Assembly (NCBI RefSeq): GCF_964355755.1
Contig: NC_092678.1
Span: 20,167,365 to 20,231,364, forward strand
Direction: 5' to 3'
DNA from: Antedon mediterranea
Taxonomy: Eukaryota; Animalia; Echinodermata
DNA length: 64,000 nucleotides
Part shown: one piece after another, positions 24,001 to 33,400 of the stretch
How positions within the stretch are numbered: position 1 is the first letter of the stretch
Layout: each line of letters starts with the position of its first letter
Made by a program: the position numbers and the translations under genes
The notes under the pieces: model-generated
Told to the model about the DNA's origin: nothing
Seen by the model: only the letters and a program-made list of their open reading frames with translations
Databases searched by the model: none

Positions 24001-25795
24001 AACGAGCCAAATGAAACAATTGAGCCTAACGAAAGGAACGAGCAGAATGAAATAATTGAGCCCAACGAAAGGAACGAGCCAAATGAAACAATTGAGCCTA
24101 ACGAAAGGAACGAGCAGAATGAAATAATTGAGCCTAGCGAAAGTGGTGGTGGAGAAGAAGAACAACCTACCAAATGTTAATCAGTCACTTTCACTGTCAA
24201 ATGTTGACTTAAATATGAATGGCAGAGAACAAAAGAGAGAAAAGTCAAAAAGACAAACGGTAAAAATACAGTAATACTAACACTATAAAATAAGTAAAAC
24301 AGATTTAAGATAAATAGCTGACCTAAAACTACAATATGATAAAGGTTATTCCCTACTTTCTTTCTCATGCATGCAGTGAAGAAAAGCAAGTATATACAAA
24401 TACTCGATTGTCTCTCGTTTTGAAAGCTTGTGGAAATATAAAATATATTTCCTTAGCGGGATTCTTGTTTAGGTTTACGTTTATTATCAAAGCACTAAAA
24501 TTATAACCCTTCTTAAATTTCAGAAATTGGAAGAGGATGAACTGTTTAAGAAGACGTTGGCCATCTGTAAAGGTATTTATATACTGTAAAATGGTTGAAT
24601 AAGTGCCACAAATGAATAAAAGTTGTTCAATCATACCAGAGAGGTATACCGTTAATTTACACCTCCCTGATCATACTTTTTATTTAATATTGCATTATGA
24701 AGACATACAGTACAGATAATAAATACTGCAACATTTGGACGTGTAGACTACGTTTCGTACGCGTGGCAACTTCGTAGATTTCGCGTGGCATAATCTACGC
24801 AAGCTAACATGCTACGCGTAGTCTACGAAGCGATAGCTTGGAGGGGAAATTCCAATGTTCAGATTATTGTGTACTGTGCTGCATGCACCACCACACGGAA
24901 TTAGTTAACGAATTTGAATACTAGTTTTCATCAAATTTAAAATGCGAGTTAATTACTGTGAAGTAATAATAAATGTATTAATATTCTGTATTAATTACTG
25001 TGTGTTGTGTTAAAATGGGACATTTATTTTTATGAAAGAAGAACAAGTGTACATCTATCGCCGATCGGCCAACGTACGGACGGCGGTCGTTGTCAGTTTG
25101 TGTGAAATGGCCTCCGACTAGGCCAGGCCTAGCTAGCTAGCTAAAAAGGTAGGGTTACCTACCGACAGTTTAATTTAAAAATAAGTGGTATGCCTATATA
25201 GTAGACTACGTTACCTACGCGTGGCAAAAGTTGCAGTAGTTTTTATCTGTACTGTATTTCAAATTCTAGCAAAGTTATTTACTCCCTGACTGTATATGAA
25301 TGATAAAGTAATTGTAATGTAAGCAAAAACTTGCATGATTTTTTAACTCCATTAAATTGTTTTGCTAAAATGAAAACTTTTAAAATATATTATTAACAAA
25401 AAGCAACTGCTCAATATTTTTATTAATATTTCTAATCTTTTTATATTATGATGTTATATTTAATTATTGATTCTGTTAATTTAGAAGAGTTGATAACCAG
25501 CTTTACTCAAGCTATAAAAAGACAAATATGCTATGCCCTAAACCCAGATAAGAGCTCATCGTGTCTACAAAACTGGCGAGAACTGGCTTTACTTCTAGGT
25601 ATTGAAAAACACATCATGGAAAATTTACAGAATAAAATGGAGTCTGTTTTTGACAACTTAGCTGCTACAAATCCTGATGCAACAGTGAAGTGTTTTGTAT
25701 GTAATCTGAAAAAATTGAAAAGGCCAGATGTTATAAAAATTGTGTACAATTATTTATTGGATGATGATGGGTCGCAAAATTGTTTCAGATGCTGA
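9012..25795 (+). CDS. TNF-receptor-like death receptor, gene 1. Exons 9012-9104, 13019-13115, 14284-14529, 14903-15010, 15403-15501, 23613-23660, 23873-24175, 24524-24572(?), 25485-25795
   Basis: Signal peptide MELDLCLLQITVIISIAVITAA; TNFR repeats (CQNCSNC..EVCTRTSDTICECPAGNY..CKPCSTC); TM WYYLLLTAVCSPVIVHAIL; death domain (LNP..NWRELALLLG..ATV..LKKLKRPDVIKIV). Phases join through 24175; junction 24175 to 24524 is not resolved in phase. Confidence 0.8.
13760..14000 (-). mobile_element. Penelope-like element 3' fragment
   Basis: Minus-strand RRWVKESIWIRK..NRDEGGY (GIY-YIG C-terminus) followed by a degenerate hammerhead-like TTGAGAAAGCC..GGCGAAACGTC. Confidence 0.7.
17578..17697. repeat. 30-bp tandem repeat x4 in the Gypsy 3' UTR
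   Basis: TATATTCATTTGCATTACATTCATAATATT units. Confidence 0.85.
17700..22337 (-). CDS. Gag-Pol polyprotein, domain order Gag(CCHC)-PR-INT-RT-RNaseH
   Basis: Single open ORF ~1545 aa; CYHCKKPGHVMSQC; RDTCCAQS; HHCC plus DCVGP/SDQG/ERFH integrase; YVDD; DAC..TDH..ADALSR. Confidence 0.95.
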   Translation of the reverse strand: MEFEAEKYLAECVSWEKFNTLKKPDLLALGRYFDLHLKQSTRKQVVKNKLIETLVREEYLEESCLKEVIVVEEVESEAVKLKELELQMAKMEIDKERMMMEMEMERAKQKADVELELAKLQYQIERDIIEREREGKVNVASAPNAFDASKHIRLVPKFQETEVDEYFQHFEKIAYSMKWPTEKWTLLLQSVFIGKAREIYSALPLHECSDYEIVKKAVLSAYELVPEAYRQRFRNARIQCEQTHVEFARVKEQMFDRWVSSKDVELNYDNLKQMMLIEEFKRCIHVDIKIHLDERKIDTLKDAAVYADDYALTHKLSAININNPNHEDKPRDYKRVSDTKRQSPFKSKRWDNPKVLTCYHCKKPGHVMSQCYFLKRNSSNKSSLPVGCATLKGDTNNISKVNKQIECNKTNENFAPFMSEARVSLKGDDCFKRIRVMRDTCCAQSMMLEGALSFGKSSSTSMTALIRGVGMNVINVPLHKVIIDSELVKGEAIIGVVPELPVKGIDMLLGNDLAGGRVLPELMINDNLTRTLQESNVLCETGTPDNDWEYPACAVTRAMTQKIEDRMSDNDGLDLEGTFMSNLEFYNPGEDIKKTKCDTSLNVGSGEPKSRKREPLSTEMLIKEQEDDSFIQKLGSRVLPKEEAAKLPVCFYKENNVVMRKWRPRHAQVHDVWAVVHQIVVPKVYHDDVIGIAHDNSMSGHLGVRKTHDKIIQHFWWPSLKKEVSRYCRLCHICQVVGKPNKKIPVAPLKPIPAFGEPFSKVMIDCVGPLPKTKSGNQYLLTIMCCSTRFPEAVPLRNIKAATVVKALIKFFTLVGLPTSIQSDQGTNFKSGLFQQIMLQLGIEQSTSSAYHPESQGAIERFHQTLKNMLRAYSVEFQREWDEGVHLVLFAARESVQETLGFSPFQLVFGHSVRGPLKLLKDKWLQGELNNVNLLDYVCDFRHKLNRATVIAKANLVKAQTKMKTWYDKNAKSRVFKPGDKVLALFPIQGSPMQARFHGPYEIDSKINDLNYVINTPGRRKSRQLCHINMLKEYAEHVSRDVKPNCAAVACNNDGGSHNDLKEKGKEYDLKLSNSDVMNNLQQKLTHLSIEQQSQLSTLVNKWNGIFSDTPSVTNAAIHDIIVGDTQPIKQHPYRVNPIKMKYLHKEIEYMLKNSIIELSKSDWSSPCMLVPKSDGSYRLVADMRAVNRCSKTDSYPIPRIEDLIDKVGNAKFVSKFDLLKGYWQVPLTPRAQEISAFCTPFGLYQYRVMPFGLKNAPATFQRMVNRLVANVEGCEAYVDDLIVYSQTWEQHMQQLNEMFKALSQANLTVNLSKSEFCHATVTYLGHVVGQGRVRPIRAKVESIYRYPAPTNKKSLMRFLGMVGYYRKFCPNFSSVAGPLTELLKKNVKFKWSDICESAFRKIKSMLMCEPILIAPDFKKQFRLYVDACDVGIGSVLMQKNVDGIECPVCYFSRKLSKHQMNYSTIEKECLALLESLTHFDVYLSTTVDPILVFTDHNPLTFIYKMRNKNQRLLRWGLTLQEYNVEIKHVKGKENVIADALSRGV
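23920..24140 (+). repeat. Coding 36-bp (12-aa NERNE(Q/P)NE(T/I)IEP) tandem repeat in the gene 1 cytoplasmic tail
   Basis: Visible in ORF 23821-24180, within exon 23873-24175. Confidence 0.85.
24637..24669. mobile_element. 33-bp hairpin with 7-bp TSD, putative P-superfamily excision footprint
   Basis: ATCATAC-CAGAGAGGTATA..TACACCTCCCTG-ATCATAC. Confidence 0.6.
24708..25254. mobile_element. Tc1/mariner-type MITE
   Basis: TA TSD; TIR CAGTACAGATAA..ACTGCAAC / GTTGCAGT..TTATCTGTACTG. Confidence 0.8.
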
Positions 25796-25955
25796 AACTT
25801 TTTATCAATTATAGTACACTGTTCTAAGATTCTCATTTTTGTAGAATCTACAAAACTGTACTTAACATCCTAATTTTGTACCTTTTTAATGTTTTTTTTT
25901 TCCTACCTTTTTAATGTTCTGTCATCAGTGTAACAGGATGAAAATTGATCAGTCT

Positions 25956-26661
25956 TAGGGTCTGATTCTGCTGAAAAAAATAAAAATAATCGATTTTAGT
26001 ACCACAAACCACAGAATTGACCGCGTTGCAACTGAAAATGTTCTCCGGCGTTAATCGGTTATCTGGTAATCGCTTTTTAAAAATCACGTCATCCATACCC
26101 ACAGCGCAGTTCAAGTTATGGAAGGCCGATGAGAGTTGGTTTGTTTACATCCTATCGCTGCCTAAAACTCTCATATGTAGGATTAAAAATTAAAAACTCG
26201 TACGTAAAGCTATATTATTTGTAAAATAAACAGCAGGCCTAAAAAAGGGCATGCAAAACATCGTTAGCCAGGACTGGTGGGATGTAACGGTGTCCTGGAG
26301 TCTCTCGGTATAATTCTCCCCCACAAAATAATAACATTTAACATTTGATTGTTATTATCTCATCATCGGTCCACATCGTTGTTTTGCTGATCGTCGTCGA
26401 TCGCGCAAATAAACAGCATGATTTGTGAACAAGGGTTGCCATACTCTAAAGGTCAAAGTGTGGTCAATAATCGCTATTTGTGTTGCGGCTCAAAACTGCT
26501 CCGCAATAATCGGTTAAAACATGCGACGGATTGAGTGTTTTTGATCGTTTATTTTTTAATCGGTTATTTCATTTTGCACCGTTTCTGCTGCCCAAAAATA
26601 ATCGATTAAAAAAATAAACGGTTAACAATCGATTATTTCTGCTCACCAGAAACCGGCCCTA
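25956..26661. mobile_element. Possible hAT-like MITE
   Basis: TAGGG..CCCTA ends with imperfect TIR and sub-terminal AATCGATT motifs; no clear 8-bp TSD. Confidence 0.4.
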
Positions 26662-27279
26662 AATGCCCCATTTGTATAAAAAAAGTTATTGTATTGTTAG
26701 CCATAATATATGTATAGAAATGAACTTTTTAATACTGATTGTGAATATTACAATGTTTACATTACATTTTTTTAAATATGTAAATATTTGTAAAATTATA
26801 ATTTCATTATATTATTGTCTGAAATTTGTGACTATATTATTTATTTTTATACAAACACATTAACCGCAATTGCCAGATGAAATATTCAGTGTTTGTTTTT
26901 TATGAGCAATTATGGCAGTGACTGTACTCCATACATGATGCAATACACAGTATATTTAAACCAAATTACTGTACTATGTAAATAAAACATATGTATACAA
27001 AACGAGTATGCTATTTTAATTCTTTTTCATAGCTGAGAATTTTAAACATACCGAAACCACATGACAATAGTACTGTGTTATTTAATCCTTCAAAGGAAAT
27101 AAGTAATTTAATGACACAAAGAAATATGACGGTTAATAATTTGCGCCAGGTTTGCAGAGATTTTGAACAGTATGATGTTGTTAGCGTAATTGAAAAATAT
27201 TATCAAGTAGATTCCTAAATATGAAGTGGAACCGCTTACTATTACTGTGCAAAATTAAATTTCCAATATAATTAAAGGA

Positions 27280-28500
27280 ATAAGTGTATTTTTAACGACC
27301 TAGCCAAGAAAATTGCGAGCCTAGCATTGTTAAACACCAGCTGATTGGAAGCATTGCACAAATTGTAACAGATGCGGCAATTGACGCAATACGTTTTCGA
27401 GCTTCACGATATTAAAGATAGTCTCAGCAAAGTCGAACAACATACTTGCAAAATGAGCTAGATGAAGAACAGTATTCAAGAAGGAACTGTTTGATTATTC
27501 ACGGAATAGAAGAGAAACAAGGTGAGATAATAGACAATGGAGTCATAGATTGGGGCCAAAAGTTAAGAAAAACGGAAGAGCAAGAAAAATAATCGTGAAG
27601 TTTAGTTCGTATAATGTTTGAAATGAAGTAGGCCTATATAGAGCAAAGAAAAAACTAAAGGGGAGCCATATCTACACTCGTGAAAACTTACGAGCAAAAG
27701 ATAAAGTTTACTACGTACTGTTAAGCAAAACTATGCATCAGTGATATCTGGACACAAAATGGTCGCATACGTACCATAATCACTAGCAGTAACGAGAAGT
27801 TTTTATTCAGAACTTCCGACCTTCAAAATTGCATAAATGTAAAAGGTAATGTGTAACATAGGGCATTTTAATTTGTAGGGCCTATTGTATTGTAACAACT
27901 CTATTGTTTATCCTGTTTTAGAAACAGTTCCAGACATGCTATGAAAATTATGCGAGATTGATTGTACAAAAGGCTTTATACAGTAATTGGTCACTTAAAT
28001 TAAATGTCAGAAGTCTCTATAATAAGGTAGATCATGTTTGGAATTTACTTTCGGAATTCCGTTTCCATATATTATTAGTGACATCTGGCTAAATATACAT
28101 AATCTTGCAATCCCGGGATACATACTAGTTAGAACAGACAGAAATAGACACGGAGGTGGGGTGGCTATCTATGTAATGAAAATGTTGATTTTGATGTCAT
28201 TATTATTGGTGAAAATACAATTGAACCGGTTAACACTAAACCGTTATAGGTAGGCCTATATGTTTATAGACCACCAAATTCGTGTGCTGAATTTGTTGAT
28301 AATGCATCAAATATCTTTTATCCTGAGATTATTGTTGCTGGTGATTTAAACTGGAATATATTTTTATAAATGGCATTCTCGGAACATGGAGCTATTCTAA
28401 TTTTATAGCTCCATGCTCGGAACATTAAAATTTCCAATTAAACCAGTATAAAACACCCGGACGTGCGTAACGGAAACATAGTAGTTGTATTGATTTAATT
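27280..28500 (+). mobile_element. Degenerate CR1/L2-group LINE 5' part (ORF1 and endonuclease relics)
   Basis: EQYSRRNCLIIHGIEE at ~27465-27515; PGYILVRTDRNRHGGGVAIYV, YRPPNS, GDLN. Confidence 0.75.
28385..28415. mobile_element. 31-bp hairpin with 7-bp TSD, putative P-superfamily excision footprint
   Basis: CTCGGAA-CATGGAGCTAT..ATAGCTCCATG-CTCGGAA. Confidence 0.6.
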
Positions 28501-28630
28501 TTTAGTCGGTAGTCGCATGCAACGCGACTCTACTGCTCACTATGTCGGTCGGTCGTTGGTCGGTTGGTCGGTCGGTCGGTAAACACTAACTTGAGCACGC
28601 GAATGTAGCCATGTATATAGCCTACCTTAT
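28500..28630 (+). mobile_element. Short DINE/HINE-like copy
   Basis: TTTTAGTCG..ACGCGACTCTA, GTCG microsatellite, GAGCACGCGA; inverted sister at 58014-58130. Confidence 0.65.
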
Positions 28631-28892
28631 GAATTAAGAAAACAAAACGATTATGACCGTTTTAAAACACTTGTTAAGATTGATATAATTAAGTCTAAAC
28701 GGCCAGCCTAGTAATATTTATTCAACCTATTTGATTATTATGAAAAAAAACATTTGAAACAACGAAACACCTATGACACTACAGCTGTGATCAAGGGTTA
28801 TGTTGTTGAGGCGACCATGATCTATGATCTGTGGTCTAAAACGTTCAGCTCTGCCGCCTCAAAAATACAGTACAGTACATTAATTTAATAAA

Positions 28893-30328
28893 CTAGATGG
28901 TACGCTCGCTTCGCTCGCGTACCATCTAGGTCGTGCCCACAGATTGTTCTCGAATACATAATAATTTCAGCGTTAAAAATCTGGCGATTTCAAATGTACG
29001 TACAATAATACATGTCGTTTACAGGAACGAATAAATAGACACTGATTTATGTACTCAACGAAAATTAGCACCCTGAGAATTACTTCCGAAAGAGAAACTT
29101 GTCACAAAATGAGACCAATTGTTTTTAAGTCAAATTTAAACAAACTTAATTTGTGTTTTGTATGTAACATTAGGGGTGAGGGATGGGGAAGAGGATTGGT
29201 GCAAAGAGGAACAATTTTGAAATATATTAAAAATATTCTTTATCCATTTAGTAACGAAATATTAATTGTTTTCATGTTTTACAAATAATATACCACTAAC
29301 AAATTGCTATGTAATACTTTGTTGAAACTATCACCGTCCTAGTCGATTGAAATAGTACAGTACATGTAACGATACATCACTACGACGTGTATGTTTATAT
29401 AATGTAAAACAATTTGTGAAAACCACCTCTATTCGCGGAAAATCATAAATTCGATTTAATCGTCAATAAATATTAAATTATCTAACTCAACTTAATTAGT
29501 ATAGGCCTAATGGTTTTCAATTGTTTCTTAGAGCCAATTCATACTTAAGTTGGTTCCTACCCTACCCACCAAAGTTTGTTCTGCGTTTAGGGGATGTGAT
29601 GCACCGTAGGCTTATCCTCTACTGGCTTTACAACGCTACTCATGCCAGTGAGGGAAGGGTGATGATGTGGGTGGTTTAAATGCAATAATAAAGATTTGTA
29701 CATAATATACGGCGACTGAAAAAGCTAGCTCATTATCTGTTTAAAAAAAATTATATCCAACCTCTGCAGCACAGATTGAAAAAAAAATGGATCGAATTTC
29801 TGTTATGAGTATACAGTACTTGCCTTTACGACACCTGAAGGAATAGACACTTGTGGAACAGAGATTGGAATGTTCCATTCATCGCAAATCAATACATTTG
29901 TATAAACGTATATTAAATCTATCAAAATAGTATTTTTTAAAGAAAAGCGGCCTGTCTTCAACATTATGATGCTGTACTCGAGCTGTTCAACCGGTTTTCA
30001 GCCATTAAAAACAATTATCGTAGGAGGAGATAGGAAAATGCGAAGTATCCTCGTATTATTATCTGTGGGTATTTTTCAAGACGGACATCCATTAGACAGT
30101 GTATACCACGATCGAAAAACACCCCTATTTGGGGCAAATGGTTGAACCTAAATTCGTTTTAATTGTCAATAACTAATTATCTAACTCAATTTAATTAGTA
30201 AACAGGGTTACATCAGGTGGTTAAAATCAGTACCGAGGTTCTAACCAACTTTATATACCATCGAGTAAACATTCTAGAAATAACGCGCGATTTACCGAAT
30301 TTTGCCCTTACGTAAATTTATATATAGA
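28893..30328 (-). mobile_element. Non-autonomous Helitron upstream of gene 2
   Basis: Minus strand 5'-TC..CTAG-3' with terminal hairpin CTAGATGGTACGC..GCGTACCATCTAG, no TSD; absent at the paralogous site ~46676. Confidence 0.8.
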
Positions 30329-30364
30329 AGAAACTTCCTTTACATAGAGGGAGACGTAACTCTG

Positions 30365-30372
30365 TGACGTCA
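30365..30372. promoter_or_regulatory. CRE palindrome TGACGTCA ~90 bp upstream of the gene 2 ATG (conserved at 46715-46722 for gene 3)
   Basis: Motif match only; the paralogs are recent duplicates, so conservation is weak evidence. Confidence 0.3.
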
Positions 30373-30456
30373 TGTCACAGTTATTCTTTGTTATAATAAC
30401 TGCTACAATGACGAATAAACTGTGTCCTGACTAGAATATGCATAATAGAAACGTGT

Positions 30457-33400
30457 ATGATGTATTTTTCCAATTTCATTATTCTTGTACTAATATCTTG
30501 GATTATTCAATCTTCACTAATTTTATCGAGTCCAGTTCAATCTAAGGTAGGTAGGGTTCATAAATAAAGTTTAATTAAGTTTATATTTATTATTCAACCT
30601 ATTGATTATTATGTTCTGGTTACAATATATGAAAGTGAGGAAAATTTATTGAAGGAGTGAACCTTTTAAGTTAATGACGTAGAACATTCCTGAAGTGTTC
30701 ACGCTCCGAGAATACAATTCTATTGTTTATATATAAAATGTTTTATTATAAATGTCGCACAACATTGCTACATACCTCACGTATTTTTCACCAACGGTGA
30801 AGCAGAACGGGCATAGTGAAATAAGCCTCCCTTTTAAAAAGTTGTACACGACTTTTTATAAGCAATTTTAAACATTAACATTAACGCAACAAAATGTATT
30901 ATTCATGATCTGTGTCCTGACTAACAATAAGTATATATTTCAGTGTAAGACTAGGTTAAACAGATACTAAATGAATGTACTGGTCTATTTCACTTATTAG
31001 TCTGATGATCTATTAGATGTATAATTAATAGTGAGTAGAAGTTGTGAGGAATCCTTTTTCCCCCGTGAGAATCGCCCACCTTTATTATAATGTATTCTCA
31101 TTATCAATTATGAACGTATTCAATTACAAATCGATTTAATGTATAATATTTATAAAATGTCATTCTTAAAACGATATAGTTGACTACATATTGGCATAAA
31201 GATAAATAGACTCTATAAAGATGAAGCTATAGGCCTCGAAGAACCGTTGATAATAAAATAATTATATATATTTTATATTTAAAATATTACTGTACAATTA
31301 ATAATATTTTATTGAAACAGTTTTATGAAATAAAATCAAGGTAGGTGTTCAAAATTGCTAGTTTTTACATTTTTACATTTTTTTTGTCCGCTTTCATAAA
31401 ATTGTATCCGTATTCATTCATTCATTCATTCACAAATTCCATATCACTTTTTCGTATTTTATAATTTTTCCAGAAAGCATGATTTATAATCATGTGTGAG
31501 AAATTCTTAATTTATAATGGTGTCAGATTGTTATGGTTTCCATACAAATCAACGCCATCTTCCATTCCTAAAAACCGTGTACTTATTGCTCGAAGAATTC
31601 ACCCTCAAAGTCACTAGCATTTTACTTGTTTAGGCTACTGTAGATCTGTTATAATTGCTATCGTGTGTTGGAAGTTTACATAGCTATCTGTTCCTGCTTG
31701 TTATTTTTTGAAAACGTAACTACTCTATTTTTAGTCGCGTGGACGCGACTCTATAGTTCACTATGTCGGTCGGCCTGTCGGTCGGTCTGTCTGTCTGTCG
31801 GTCCGGTATCACTATGCGTGTTATCGCTTTCTGACCTTATCTTGATATCAGTTTAATCTAGCTAAGTCAATTTTTCACAGTATATTGCTTATGGCCAGGA
31901 ATCGATGTGGTTATGTTATCACGGTGCGCAATAGAAAATTACGCGGTCTACGCACGATTTAACGAAATCACGTTTGTAATCATATCTTCACAACCATGAA
32001 TCACAATTAAATAAAATTTGGTACTCATAAATTTCAGGGCATAAATCATCATATGGCAATACAATTACGTGCGTAGTGCATGTAACGCATGCGTACGCGC
32101 GCTTAAAATTTTCAAAATTTATTTTCGATGAAATAAGACTACGTTTCAGGCAATTTTAAGCGTTTACAAAATTGCCATGAGTGCGCAGATTTTTGCGCGA
32201 GCACTGCGCGTTAAATGTTATTGCGCACTCTTTTTGCCCGATTTCTGTTTTCTTGACTTACTTTTCAACTAGAAATTACGTTATACGAGCACGTCAAAAG
32301 TGACAGGCTACGCACGTGTAAATTAAAAAAATATAAATATTTTTAAACATTTCAACATTTTTAAACATGTTCAGTAATTTCAGTCAGTATAGTTCACTAT
32401 GTCGGTCGGTCTGTCGGTCTGTCTGTCGGTCTGTCTGTCGGTCCGGTATCACTATGCATTGTAGCACGCGACTTAATGGCTGTTGGCCTTGTTTAACTAC
32501 ACTTTTACCTGCCAATTGTTTATAATAATTGATTTAACAACATTTTTATGTCTAGTATTTATTTATTTACCAGATGTCTAGAGCGCCATTTTCATGAATA
32601 CTGATGCTCAAAGGCGCTTCACATCATAAAGATGACCAAACAAATTGTAGTAGAAAAATACAAGATTACAAAAAACAACTCTGTCTTCAATTAAAGTATA
32701 AAGTATAACTGCATTTCATTAATACAAATATATTATTTCATTTGTATCGTAAAATAAGGTTATGACATAAATTCGTAAAATCCATGTATGGTTTTTAGAA
32801 TTCGGAAGTAATCCACTACAAATGACACACAGTTTTTATGTTAAAAACGACTGAAAGGGAAGCCAACAACAGTACAAGGATCTCGTCACAGGATCCATTA
32901 AATCACCACAATAGTCGGTTATTTGTGGGCTAGAGCTTAATATGTGTGTTACTTTTTTAAAAGTTGAAATTTAATCAAGTTCAACGTTTTGTATATTATA
33001 TCGTTACATAATTATATTATTGGTCAAAGGTCATATAGATAAATTATAGTTATTTTTTTTATATATAACTAAACTAAACTACATTGAGATAAATCTGATC
33101 CAGAACTAACTTGGTTAGTAAACAGCGACGTTTCACGACATATCCAGTCCAGTGAATTAGATTTTTATACTTACTACTACCTGGATGAATGACAATATAC
33201 ATATGCTGTGTTTGTGTGTTTGATACACGGTATATCTTTGTCAATCAATATATAAACAAGGGTGTACACGACTTGTTTCTGCTGCGAAATAAATTAATGA
33301 TTTAACACTAGTGTGTGAATAAATTACCCCCATCAGAAACAGGACACATTTTCTATTAACCGGTTAAATGGCAGCTAGAAACGGAAACACCCAATCGAAC

